Shown: positions 1 through 8,704 of the stretch, one piece after another
Layout: each line of letters begins with the position of its first letter
How positions within the stretch are numbered: position 1 is the first letter of the stretch
Sequence record: SRR22947727_2782
Direction: 5' to 3' (one strand)
DNA: 33,074 bases
The notes under the pieces: generated by a model
What the model was told of the DNA's origin: nothing
The model's input: the letters and a program-made list of their open reading frames with translations, nothing else
Database searches by the model: none
Made by a program: the position numbers and the translations under genes

Positions 1-702
1 GGTCACGGTGAGAGTGCCATCGACGGATGTATTTTTAAGTGTTGACTCTCCTTCAACATTCAGCGTGCTCTGCAGGTTCGTTGCTCCAGATGCCGTCAAC
101 GTCGTCAGGGACGTATCACCAGCTACCGATAAATCATTGGTGACAGAAGCATTGGCAACCGTAAGAGAGCCATCACTCGCCTTGATGCCAATCGCACGCT
201 TGAGCGTGCCATCTTGATTGGCAAGAATTAATTCCGTATCCTTATTTGTTCCCGCAAGACTTGCCGCTGTGATGTCTGTTGCGCTTGCGCCCAACATCAT
301 TTGATTATCGCGAATCGCTCTCGCACCAGCACCGATCGCGCTGGCTTGATATCCAGATGCACTGGCATTAGAGCCAATCGCCATAGAGAAAGCCAAGTTG
401 CTACTCGCTCCCCTGCCGATTGCAAAAGCACCTACACCACTGGCGCTTGCTGGTGTAGGTGCAATACCACCAGGCTCGGTACCCATGGCACCTGGGATGT
501 TGGTGATATCGGCCTTCGCGAGCTTTGGCTCTAAGGCTTCGCCAACGAGCACACCGATCGCTCCGAGCTGGCCGATCACCGCCCAACTAGCAAACAGCGT
601 TTGCGCCGATCTGCTCCAGCGTTTACTACGACTGCTTTTTCGCTTCGTTCCACCCCGGCGAAAACCACCTGTCTTAAGAACAGAGACGAGGAGGAAGAAC
701 AA
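1..702 (-). CDS. YadA-like / trimeric autotransporter-type adhesin, N-terminal part (runs off the left edge of the window)
   Basis: Not in the ORF track. Manual translation of the minus strand is open from 723 to position 1. From TTG at 702 it reads MFFLLVSVLKTGGFRRGGTKRKSSRSKRW...GAIGVLVGEALEPKLAKA|DITN (long basic leader, AxA site). Next come 14-residue-spaced AIG head repeats (GAFAIGRGASS, FSMAIGSNASA, QASAIGAGARA), then Ser/Thr-rich LxVxG repeats (LSVAGDTSLTT, LTASGATNLQST, LNVEGESTLKN). The start codon is uncertain and the C-terminal anchor is not visible. Confidence 0.75.
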   Translation of the reverse strand, partial: MFFLLVSVLKTGGFRRGGTKRKSSRSKRWSRSAQTLFASWAVIGQLGAIGVLVGEALEPKLAKADITNIPGAMGTEPGGIAPTPASASGVGAFAIGRGASSNLAFSMAIGSNASASGYQASAIGAGARAIRDNQMMLGASATDITAASLAGTNKDTELILANQDGTLKRAIGIKASDGSLTVANASVTNDLSVAGDTSLTTLTASGATNLQSTLNVEGESTLKNTSVDGTLTVT

Positions 703-946
703 AGTCCTAACTAAAACGTCTATTCACATTGCTGAGTTCTTGATGAGAATGTTTGAAATATCAAGTGAGTCTCAAAGGGACCCGCACGATTGGAATCATT
801 TTTTTTCATCACCTCCCAAAAACCCACTAAGCATTGGCCTGGCAAGTATTAATCAACGAATGATGCTGTCTCAGAGTGAGACATTGCCGTGATGCGGCTG
901 TCCCTATAAAAAGCCGATAAATTTGATCGATGATTAGTTCAATGCG

Positions 947-3900
947 ATGAGCACTGCCTCTCCCTTGCCTGGCGCAGTGCTCAGCGTTCCTGAACAGCGT
1001 TGGTGCTTAGCACCGATTCCCAAAACAAGCTCCACGTTGCTGAAGCGGCTAGCTGTGATTGCAGCAGGCCGCGAACCTTATGAAGGCGCAGCGATCGGTG
1101 AAACGCGCCCGGCCCTGGCCATCCACAGGGCCGATTTGCATGGCTTACCCGCCTTCACTGATCTTTCTAGTGAGCAGCAGAAAAAGCTTCTGCAAGATCC
1201 CCACGCGCTTCGGCTGGCCGTGACCCGCCATCCGGGAGAGCGCTTGCTTTCGTTTTGGCACGACAAGCTGCATCTGGCCGATCCCGCTTACGCGCCCCTG
1301 AATGCATCGGTGCAAGCCAGTTGCAGCAACAATCAAGCAGAGCCTTGCCGCTTTCATGATTTTCTCGCTTACCTCAGCGAGCATTGGGAGTTACTGAAAA
1401 GCGATGGCCATCTAAGGCCCCAAGCCGAGTGGCTTGGTGATGGAAGCTTTTTTAATCAATGGCTCGACCGTGATCATCTGATCAAGCGGTTGCCTCCCCT
1501 ACTCGAGCCTCTGCTTCCAGCCGATCGCCTGCAGCGCATCCGCAAAGAACTTCAGGCCTACGACCAGCGCTACCGCCAACGCTTGGGCAAGCGCTGGGAT
1601 GACGCCTTTGGGAAAGAGGGTTTAACCCTGCTCGAACGGCTGTATGCGGAGGATCTCAAGGCCTACAACTACGCCATACCCCGCCGCCGCAGCGACAAGG
1701 TGCGCCCCCTGGCAGCAGCAGACTCTGATGCCCTTGTGGATCCACTCCAACAGCTGCGCGATCGCCATTTGCAGATTTCTGGCCTGCAACAACAGCTGCT
1801 CGATCTCCATCAACAACTCGCCAATGCTCAGCAACAGCTGCAGCAGCCCCCCCTACCACCACTTCAGCCTCCCGCCGGTGCTTGGCCTAACCACAACAGC
1901 CCGGAAGCCGGCCTTGCCCACCTTTATGAGGCGCTGAGTCAAAACCGGCCGCAAGAAATCCTTGATCAAAGCGCCTCTCTACAAGGCCATCCCCATGCCG
2001 GTGAGATCGCTTACTTGGAAGGTCTTGCCCATGGCCTGCTCAATCAACACGAATTGGCATTGCGCTCCTATGAAGCAGCCCAAAGCCAAGGTTTTCTCAC
2101 CCCCTATGTGTTGTTTAACGGCGGCAATGCTTGCCGTGCCCTAGGCAATACAGACGAAGGCCTGCGTCTGTACAACGAAGCGATTGCCCTCTTCCCTGGG
2201 TTTGGAGAAGCAAGGCAAAACCGCGCACTGGCCCTAATCGATGCCGGCGATCCTCAGGCCGCTGAACGGGAGCTGCGCTTGCTGCTGCGCGATCAACCCA
2301 ATTTTTCCCAAGCCGCCTTTTCGCTTGGCAATTTGCTGCGGGATCACAAGCGCGACCCCGAGGCGATCGAAGCATTTCGGCTTTGCCTGGAGCATGCACC
2401 GGCCTACCCCGATGCCTGGAACAACATGGGCTTGGCCTACGCCAATCTCAAACAGATGGAGCCGGCAATGGCCAGCTACCGCCAGGCCCTCTCCATTGCT
2501 GCCAATTTCAAGCCATCACGCCAAAACCTCGCCCAAGCGCTGATCCAAGAGAAACGCCACAGCGATGCCCTGGAGCAATTCAAGCTGTTTGGCTCCATCG
2601 ATGGTCTCACGTCCTTTGAACAGGTGGTGGGGCTCCAGGGGGAGATCGCTTGCCTTACAGAACTCGATCGTTACGACGACGGGCTTTCTGCAGCTGATCA
2701 ATGCCATACGGATCGGCGCGTGCAATTGATGGCACGCCTCCATGTGCTTCCAGTGCTTTACGGCTCAGACGAGCAAGTGAGCAGCGTACGAAAGCGTTGG
2801 GCGGATGATTGCGCTGAGCTCTACGGGCTACTGGAGGGAATCACCCAGGAGGATTCCGCCTGGGAAACCCTCTATGCCCATGCCTGGTCGCTCACCAACT
2901 TCTATCTGGCCTATCAGATGGAAGACGACCGGCCCCTGCAGGAGCTCTATGCCGGCATCCTCGACCGAATCCTGCGCCCCAGACTGGGTGCGTTCATGCA
3001 ACCGCTCCCTCAACGCAACCCTTCCGACAGCTCACCCCTACGCGTGGGTGTGATCTCCCCCCATTTGATCAACCACAACGGCTCGATCTGGGCCCTCGGT
3101 TGGCTGGAAGGGATTGCCGGAAATCCTGGCTACGAGATCTTCACGTACAACACCTCCGATGGAGAAGACAGCGGTAGCGGACGTTTTGCCGCCTTGGGCA
3201 CCTACCGCCATCTGCCGCTGCGGGCCGAAAACCCCGAGCCGATGTTGCAGCAGATCCTGGACGACAAGCTCGATCTGTTGATCTTTACCGATATCGGCAT
3301 GCACCCATCGAGCAAGGTCACCTCGGTGCTGCAACTCGCACCCGTGCAAGGCCAGGGCTGGGGCCATCCGATTAGTAGTGGTTCGCGCACCATCCACTAC
3401 TACCTCTCAGGGGAAGGCATGGAACCAAAGGGCAATGAAGCGCACTACAGCGAAACCCTGTATCGCCTGCCCAAAACAGGCCTGAACTACGAAATTCCAG
3501 CCGCCATTCACGATGGCCAGCTCCTCTACGACAAGTACGACCTGCCCCGCGATCGCCCCATCCTCAATTCACTGCAAAGCACCTTTAAGTACCTGCCCCG
3601 CAACGACTGGACCTTTGCCGAAATTGCTGCACGCCGCCCCGAAGCGTTCATCGTGCTCGTAGGCCATATGGGTAGTGGTGGCATCGCCGAGCGCTTGCTC
3701 GAGCGGATGCGTCCCCATTTCAAACAGCGCGATTTAGAGATCGAAAACCATCTGCGCATCCTGCCCCGCCTCGATTACGGCGACTTCATGGGCCTGTTTG
3801 CGATTAGCCACCACACGATCGATACGATCGATTGGAATGGGGGCAATAGCTCCCTGCAATCCTTCTCGCTGGACTGCCCGGTGGTGACCTTGCCCACAGC

Positions 3901-4195
3901 GTTCATGCGCGGCCGGCACACCGTGGCGATGCTTGAAGTGTTGGAGCTGCCAGAGCTGATCGCCAGCAACGCCGATGATTACATCGCCATCTCCTGCAAA
4001 CTGCTCGACGATCCCGCCTTTTATCAAGCGATGAAACAGGCGATTCAAGAGCGTAAGCAGCGTCTTTTCCTTGATAAGAGCGTGGCCGAGGCCTTCCAAA
4101 CGGCGGTGGAAACGATCTGCAGGCAGACCCCAAGCGTGGGCCAACAACCCAGCGAAATCCTGCCGCTCGCCCAGCAAGCAAACGAGGCCGCCTGA
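947..4195 (+). CDS. Sulfotransferase (Sulfotransfer_2-like) + TPR + GT41 (OGT/SPINDLY-like) glycosyltransferase fusion protein
   Basis: The N-terminus has PAPS motifs IPKTSSTLLK and RHPGERLLSFW plus HLRPQ, followed by a Gln-rich coil and Pro-rich linker. TPRs include YPDAWNNMGLAYANLKQMEPAMASYRQAL. C-terminal GT41 motifs are RVGVISPHLINH, DLLIFTDIGM, LAPVQGQGWGHPISSG, QSTFKY, IDTIDWNGGNSS and PVVTLPTAFMRGR. Confidence 0.9.
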   Translation: MSTASPLPGAVLSVPEQRWCLAPIPKTSSTLLKRLAVIAAGREPYEGAAIGETRPALAIHRADLHGLPAFTDLSSEQQKKLLQDPHALRLAVTRHPGERLLSFWHDKLHLADPAYAPLNASVQASCSNNQAEPCRFHDFLAYLSEHWELLKSDGHLRPQAEWLGDGSFFNQWLDRDHLIKRLPPLLEPLLPADRLQRIRKELQAYDQRYRQRLGKRWDDAFGKEGLTLLERLYAEDLKAYNYAIPRRRSDKVRPLAAADSDALVDPLQQLRDRHLQISGLQQQLLDLHQQLANAQQQLQQPPLPPLQPPAGAWPNHNSPEAGLAHLYEALSQNRPQEILDQSASLQGHPHAGEIAYLEGLAHGLLNQHELALRSYEAAQSQGFLTPYVLFNGGNACRALGNTDEGLRLYNEAIALFPGFGEARQNRALALIDAGDPQAAERELRLLLRDQPNFSQAAFSLGNLLRDHKRDPEAIEAFRLCLEHAPAYPDAWNNMGLAYANLKQMEPAMASYRQALSIAANFKPSRQNLAQALIQEKRHSDALEQFKLFGSIDGLTSFEQVVGLQGEIACLTELDRYDDGLSAADQCHTDRRVQLMARLHVLPVLYGSDEQVSSVRKRWADDCAELYGLLEGITQEDSAWETLYAHAWSLTNFYLAYQMEDDRPLQELYAGILDRILRPRLGAFMQPLPQRNPSDSSPLRVGVISPHLINHNGSIWALGWLEGIAGNPGYEIFTYNTSDGEDSGSGRFAALGTYRHLPLRAENPEPMLQQILDDKLDLLIFTDIGMHPSSKVTSVLQLAPVQGQGWGHPISSGSRTIHYYLSGEGMEPKGNEAHYSETLYRLPKTGLNYEIPAAIHDGQLLYDKYDLPRDRPILNSLQSTFKYLPRNDWTFAEIAARRPEAFIVLVGHMGSGGIAERLLERMRPHFKQRDLEIENHLRILPRLDYGDFMGLFAISHHTIDTIDWNGGNSSLQSFSLDCPVVTLPTAFMRGRHTVAMLEVLELPELIASNADDYIAISCKLLDDPAFYQAMKQAIQERKQRLFLDKSVAEAFQTAVETICRQTPSVGQQPSEILPLAQQANEAA

Positions 4196-5100
4196 TGCAG
4201 ACGTCTCAGCCCACCCCTTTAACGCTCAAGCCAGAAGATCCAATCCCAGGCGTGCGCGTGCAAACCGGAGACGACTGGGCCCAGATTCAACTGCGCCTGC
4301 GCCAAGGCGAAACGCTCACGCCCCTGCTGCCTCTGGGAGCCGATGCAGGGCTTGTATGGATCCCCAAAAATGGCTGTTCAACGCTCAAACGCGCCTGGCT
4401 GCAACTCCAGGGAACACCATCTGCTGAGATCCACTCTCAAATCCATCAGGCCGTTCTGCCCAGCACCCACTGGCTGCGACCCCATGAGCTCAGCGCCGTG
4501 GCGAAACACAGAGCCTTAGTGGCCATTTGGCGCGACCCCATTGACCGCTACGTATCCGCTTGTCGTAGCCATTTGGTGGAACTCACCAGCAGCCGCATCC
4601 ATTCCAAGCTCCAGGCCAATACCCAAGGCAACCCTCAGGCCTATGAACAGGCGCTTTCTTTTCATCAACAGCTGTTTTCAGCGCAAGATGTGCGCAGTTT
4701 TGACGACACTGCAGATCCCATAGAAGTGATGAATGCCGTAGCGCTACAGCTACCCGCATGGATTCAGTGCCATCTCGACTGGAGCCACCACACCATTCCC
4801 CAGGTGAGCTATCTCGGCGGTGATCCCAGGCCCTATGCCACTGTTTTGGGCATGGAGCAGATCGATTGGCTGCTGCAGCAATGGGGCCAATCCGCAGGCA
4901 TCCAGCTCGATACCACTCCGCAGCATGTATCCCAAGAGCTGGAGCAAGCCGATCCCTGGAGACGTCTGCAGCGGGATCAACTCAGTTCGGAAGCCATCGT
5001 TGCTTTGCATCGCTTTTATGCCGCCGATTGGGCCTTTCTGGAATTAGCCCAACAGCACCTGGGAGCGATTTCGTACGGGGCGGAGATAGAACCCAAATGA
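4195..5100 (+). CDS. Sulfotransferase family 2 protein
   Basis: Motifs WIPKNGCSTLK (5'-PSB), RDPIDRYVSA (3'-PB), HTIPQ and FYAADW. TGATG overlap with the upstream gene at 4193-4197. Confidence 0.85.
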   Translation: MQTSQPTPLTLKPEDPIPGVRVQTGDDWAQIQLRLRQGETLTPLLPLGADAGLVWIPKNGCSTLKRAWLQLQGTPSAEIHSQIHQAVLPSTHWLRPHELSAVAKHRALVAIWRDPIDRYVSACRSHLVELTSSRIHSKLQANTQGNPQAYEQALSFHQQLFSAQDVRSFDDTADPIEVMNAVALQLPAWIQCHLDWSHHTIPQVSYLGGDPRPYATVLGMEQIDWLLQQWGQSAGIQLDTTPQHVSQELEQADPWRRLQRDQLSSEAIVALHRFYAADWAFLELAQQHLGAISYGAEIEPK

Positions 5101-5594
5101 GCCAAACAAATCTCCCAGCAGCGCCTTATCACGTAGACGTTGTCGATCACGCCAAAGATCCTGAAGCCCTCCACGCTGTCTTGGCCATGTGGGTTCGTTA
5201 TGGCGCGATGTCGGAGCAAGAGGCCAAACGCCGCGTCTCTGAAGTGATCTGCGTGATTCGTCATACCCCAACCCATGCGGTCGTTGGTGTCAGCACCGCC
5301 TTTATCTCCTTGATTCCAGGAGGAATACAACGCGTTTATCTCTACCGGATGTTCATCGATCCCTCCCATCGCGGTAAAACCATCCCTCACCGCCAGCCCT
5401 GGATTGCAGCTCAAACCATTGAGGCCCTGCGCCAACGCCAACACAACGATCAAACCGTTGGCGTCGTGGCCATCCTCGAGAACAAACGCATCCCCGATCG
5501 CCTCATGTTGTCATCGGGATGGTCGAAAATGCCACGCCTCTGGCAGGGCAACCGCATGTTCTGCGTGTGCTTCAACAAAGAAGAGATCCTCTGA
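5097..5594 (+). CDS. Hypothetical protein, possible GNAT-fold acyltransferase
   Basis: Start reassigned from 4866 to the ATG at 5097 (ATGA overlap with the upstream stop). YRMFIDPSHRGK resembles GNAT motif A (xxxVxPxxRGxG), and the later LEN...GW pattern is also GNAT-like. Confidence 0.55.
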   Translation: MSQTNLPAAPYHVDVVDHAKDPEALHAVLAMWVRYGAMSEQEAKRRVSEVICVIRHTPTHAVVGVSTAFISLIPGGIQRVYLYRMFIDPSHRGKTIPHRQPWIAAQTIEALRQRQHNDQTVGVVAILENKRIPDRLMLSSGWSKMPRLWQGNRMFCVCFNKEEIL

Positions 5595-6400
5595 TGGCGA
5601 ACGCTCTCCGCCGCTCACAATTCAATTACAACGCCATTGCCTTCACGGCCCACGTGATGTTGCTGATCCAATGCCTCTGGTTTGGCTGGACTTTTGCCCT
5701 AATTGCTTTGCTCAGCGGTCTTGTGATCTATAACCTCACGGCCGGCCTTTACATGCATCGGGTGGTCGTGCATCAGCATTTCAGCTTTTCCTTGGGTTGG
5801 CACCGCCTGTTCTGCAGGTTGTTTTCAATGTGCAATTTCGGAAGCTTGGCCATGAATTGCGCCATTCATCTACGCCATCATCGCTATTCCGATCAACCAG
5901 GGGATCCCCACAGTTACGAGCAACTTGGCCTTAGGCGCTTGCTTCTTAAGCAATGGAATCGCAGTTCCTTGCCGCAAAGCAGGCAGCTCCTGCGCTTCCT
6001 CAGCAATCCCTGCATCAGATATCAACATCGCAACCACATGGCCTATGGGATCGTCACGGCCCTACTGCTCCCGTCGATTTCTGTGTCGGCCTACTGGCTG
6101 ATCAACTTGTTGTTTGTGGTAGCCCATTGGGGGCCCAGCCATCACTCTTCTGAAGGACGAGCGACGGACTGGCCTGCCTTACTTCCATTGATGTGGGGTG
6201 ATGAAATGCATTACCGCCATCACAAATCTCCTGCGCGGAAACGGCTGCGGCGTTTTGATCTGCTTTACATAATTGGCCGCGCAATTGAGTGGCAAAGCTG
6301 GATGGGTCATCCCCCGCAGCCAATCATTGACCTTGATCCATATCCAGCCAGGCTTCAGACACCGGTTCGCTCCCTCAACCAAAACGTTGCATCGCTGTGA
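5594..6400 (+). CDS. Membrane fatty-acid desaturase family protein (delta-9/DesC-like His boxes)
   Basis: Start reassigned to the ATG at 5594 (TGATG overlap). Three His boxes HRVVVH, HLRHHRYSDQPGDPHS and GDEMHYRHH, with hydrophobic segments. Confidence 0.8.
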   Translation: MANALRRSQFNYNAIAFTAHVMLLIQCLWFGWTFALIALLSGLVIYNLTAGLYMHRVVVHQHFSFSLGWHRLFCRLFSMCNFGSLAMNCAIHLRHHRYSDQPGDPHSYEQLGLRRLLLKQWNRSSLPQSRQLLRFLSNPCIRYQHRNHMAYGIVTALLLPSISVSAYWLINLLFVVAHWGPSHHSSEGRATDWPALLPLMWGDEMHYRHHKSPARKRLRRFDLLYIIGRAIEWQSWMGHPPQPIIDLDPYPARLQTPVRSLNQNVASL

Positions 6401-7311
6401 CAACCACCACACCCAACTTTCCAGCCCTCTTGCGGAATCGCCCGGAAGCAGAGCGTCAACAATGGGCCCGCTGGGTGCTGGGCAGCCATAGCGATCAGTT
6501 CCTGCCGGAGATGCTGGCTGCTGTTCAGCAGCTCGACAAGCAAGACCCCATTGCCTATGGCGAACCCGCCGTAAATCCTGGCCCCAGGCCTGACGACCTG
6601 CTGGTCATCACTTCTGAGCGTGGAAAACATTGCGTGGTGTTTGATCAGCCCCTGCCCTGCCGGGCGGTGCTCCTGGATTTCACCGGCACAGGCTTTGAGG
6701 CCGGCAGCAATCCCCACGGCTTTGAAGAACTCAGCCAGGCCTGTGAGGGCATGGGTGACGCCATGAATGTTGTTTGGAACCAGCTCGAGATGCCACCTGA
6801 AGGGCATTACATCAGTGTGGTCTGTGATGACGTAATGCTCCGCTCTAGTGATATCTCCACAATTTTGGCCATAGCTCGGCTACATAATCTCAGTGCTGTG
6901 CAACCCTCAGTCGCTCTAAATCATGAGCTTTGCGCCGAGTACGGATTTCTACGACAACGACCCTGCGTTTCTATGCACCGCGTGCCAATCGTGGAGGTGA
7001 TGGCACCTTTCATTCGCCGCGATCTTTGGGAGTTGATGATGCCCTTTAACCGAGGTATTGGTAGTGCCTACGGCATAGATCGCTTCGCTATCCCACTGTG
7101 CGCTGCACATCTGAATGCATGGCGATTTGCCTCAGTCGATGTCAGCCCCATGACCCACATTCGCCGCGGCCGAACCATTGAAAAGCGGTATCGCAATGGT
7201 TTACTGAGCAAAGAGGAAGAATACTTAGTGCGTCAGCGGTTGATGCTGGCAATGGGATTTGATGTTGACAACGATATCTACAAACAACTTGAAAATAGTG
7301 TCGCGCCGTAA
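6397..7311 (+). CDS. DUF707-like putative glycosyltransferase
   Basis: CDDV, AVQPSV, VEVMAPFIRRDLW and AYGID match the DUF707-type pattern (VEIMAPvFsr.aW ... GWGlD). GTGA overlap with the desaturase stop. Confidence 0.65.
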   Translation: MTTTTPNFPALLRNRPEAERQQWARWVLGSHSDQFLPEMLAAVQQLDKQDPIAYGEPAVNPGPRPDDLLVITSERGKHCVVFDQPLPCRAVLLDFTGTGFEAGSNPHGFEELSQACEGMGDAMNVVWNQLEMPPEGHYISVVCDDVMLRSSDISTILAIARLHNLSAVQPSVALNHELCAEYGFLRQRPCVSMHRVPIVEVMAPFIRRDLWELMMPFNRGIGSAYGIDRFAIPLCAAHLNAWRFASVDVSPMTHIRRGRTIEKRYRNGLLSKEEEYLVRQRLMLAMGFDVDNDIYKQLENSVAP

Positions 7312-7470
7312 AGACTTGATGACTCACTTGCTTGTAGATACGCCTGCATCCTACATCCAATAACTAGGAGTTTAAAACTTGCATGGGCAATCTCAAGGCA
7401 GCTAAGCTTCAGGAGGATCATGCAGTTAACTAAAGCACGCTTAGAAGCTAGTAGGCATAGATTTTATCTT

Positions 7471-8241
7471 TTAGTTTACCGTTAGGCGAGCAAGAATTTT
7501 CAGCGCTTCCTCATTACTAAAAACCTTTTCGGATAAATCAAACAAGCGAGAGAAATATGCATCTCCCCAGGTATTCGCACCGGTTCGACAATAGGCATAA
7601 AGAGTGGGTGCAACAAAAGTAGCGACCTTTGCGTATTTCAACTGCATGGCAACCATTAAGGTGTCTTCTTCTTTGGGGAGTGAAGGATAGACAGGCATGC
7701 ATGATCTCTTCGCAAGCATGGTTCCTTCCCAAATCCTACGATTAGACAATGCAAGAACACTTCTGAGTTGATCATATAAAAGCCATTGACTCAGAAATAC
7801 AGCGTCAGCATTGGCTTCCTTGAGAATCATCAATGAGGCCTTAATTCGTTCTTTGTCATAAAGATCATCATCATCCCATTGGCAAATAAACTCTCCTTGA
7901 GCTCGTGCTACTGAGTAATTTCTTAAATCACCAAGACCAAGCAGCCTTGGTGCCTCGAAAATCCGAACAGATGCTGCCCCTCGTGCATCATCAATCGCAC
8001 GAATAAGCTGATCTGTTAGGCCGTCTGCAACAATAACAAGCTCTTTGTTGTTCCATGTTTGCCGAGCAAAGCTTTTCACTGAATTTGCAACCCTTCCAAT
8101 ATCTCCGCGAGTCACCATAAGCGCACTTACCATATCCTCAGAGAATGGAGTGACCTTACTTTGCAACCAACTAGAGGGATTCATAAATTCTGGGGAATTA
8201 ATCGTGCCAGGATTGAAAACTCGATATTTTATGGGCTCCAA
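7471..8241 (-). CDS. Glycosyltransferase family 2
   Basis: GT-A motifs VSALMVT, QTWNNKELVIVADG, LGDLRNYSVARAQGEFICQWDDDDLY. Visibly more AT-rich than its neighbours. Confidence 0.85.
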   Translation of the reverse strand: MEPIKYRVFNPGTINSPEFMNPSSWLQSKVTPFSEDMVSALMVTRGDIGRVANSVKSFARQTWNNKELVIVADGLTDQLIRAIDDARGAASVRIFEAPRLLGLGDLRNYSVARAQGEFICQWDDDDLYDKERIKASLMILKEANADAVFLSQWLLYDQLRSVLALSNRRIWEGTMLAKRSCMPVYPSLPKEEDTLMVAMQLKYAKVATFVAPTLYAYCRTGANTWGDAYFSRLFDLSEKVFSNEEALKILARLTVN

Positions 8242-8399
8242 ATTGCTATCTCCCTATTTTGCTAGAAATAAACAGCTAGTTTAGCATTAAGTAGCGCAGC
8301 TTGACTTTGTCCTAAAAGATGATGATTATTGATCTGGCAACACACTTACACAATTAAGAAGTAACCGATATTTTTCCATATCAAGATCACAGGCAACAG

Positions 8400-8633
8400 C
8401 GATGGTTTCCAGGCGAGCCACTTCCAGAAGGTGTTCGTTGCTAATCGCCAGCCATTGAAACCCCTCGTCCATCAACCTTTGTTCGAGAACTGCAAGGTCA
8501 ACAGTTAGTCGTCCAAGGCCCACTTTGATGGCCATTTCCCAGCGTGAAACCTGGCTCGCCAGCACGCTGTGCCGATCCGACTCCAGCTCAGACATCACAG
8601 CAGCAGGTGGGTGTCCAGCAAAACTCTGCTCAT
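8400..8633 (-). pseudogene. vapC: Degraded PIN-domain (VapC-like) toxin
   Basis: The ATG at 8633 gives MSRVLLDTHLLL then TGA (8595-8597) where PIN proteins have LLDTHxLLW. Another frame continues LASQVSRWEMAIKVGLGRL...GFQWLAISNEHLLEVARL. The C-terminal HxDPFDR motif is absent. The 3' boundary is approximate. Confidence 0.75.
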
Positions 8634-8704
8634 GGCTGAGTGCACTTAGCAGGCTCAATAGCCTCTTCAAACATCTCGTCCAGTGAGGCATCAAAACCGG
8701 CAAC
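8630..8704 (-). pseudogene. C-terminal remnant of a VapB-type antitoxin
   Basis: The minus-strand frame reads VAGFDASLDEMFEEAIEPAKCTQP*, like the FDAPL..F tail of antitoxins preceding PIN toxins. Its TGA overlaps the vapC ATG (ATGA). The 5' part is missing and the sulfotransferase stop sits at 8709. Confidence 0.5.

Noticed and set aside
799-806. T8 tract in the divergent promoter region as a phase-variation site
   Set aside because: Too short, and not demonstrably within a promoter spacer.
398-892. 164-aa plus-strand ORF (and 8-217)
   Set aside because: Antisense shadows of the minus-strand adhesin frame, which carries the recognisable repeats.
4866-5096. N-terminal extensions of the 4866-5594 and 5519-6400 ORFs
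   Set aside because: They overlap upstream genes extensively; the coupled starts at 5097 and 5594 are more plausible.
7420-7485. 21-aa ORF MQLTKARLEASRHRFYLLVYR after AGGAGG, as a possible peptide substrate
   Set aside because: SD-to-ATG spacing is only 3 nt, it overlaps the GT2 stop, and it has no leader-peptide features.
8326-8703. 125-aa ORF as an intact gene
   Set aside because: Chimeric read-through across the out-of-frame antitoxin remnant, the PIN core and unrelated AT-rich sequence.
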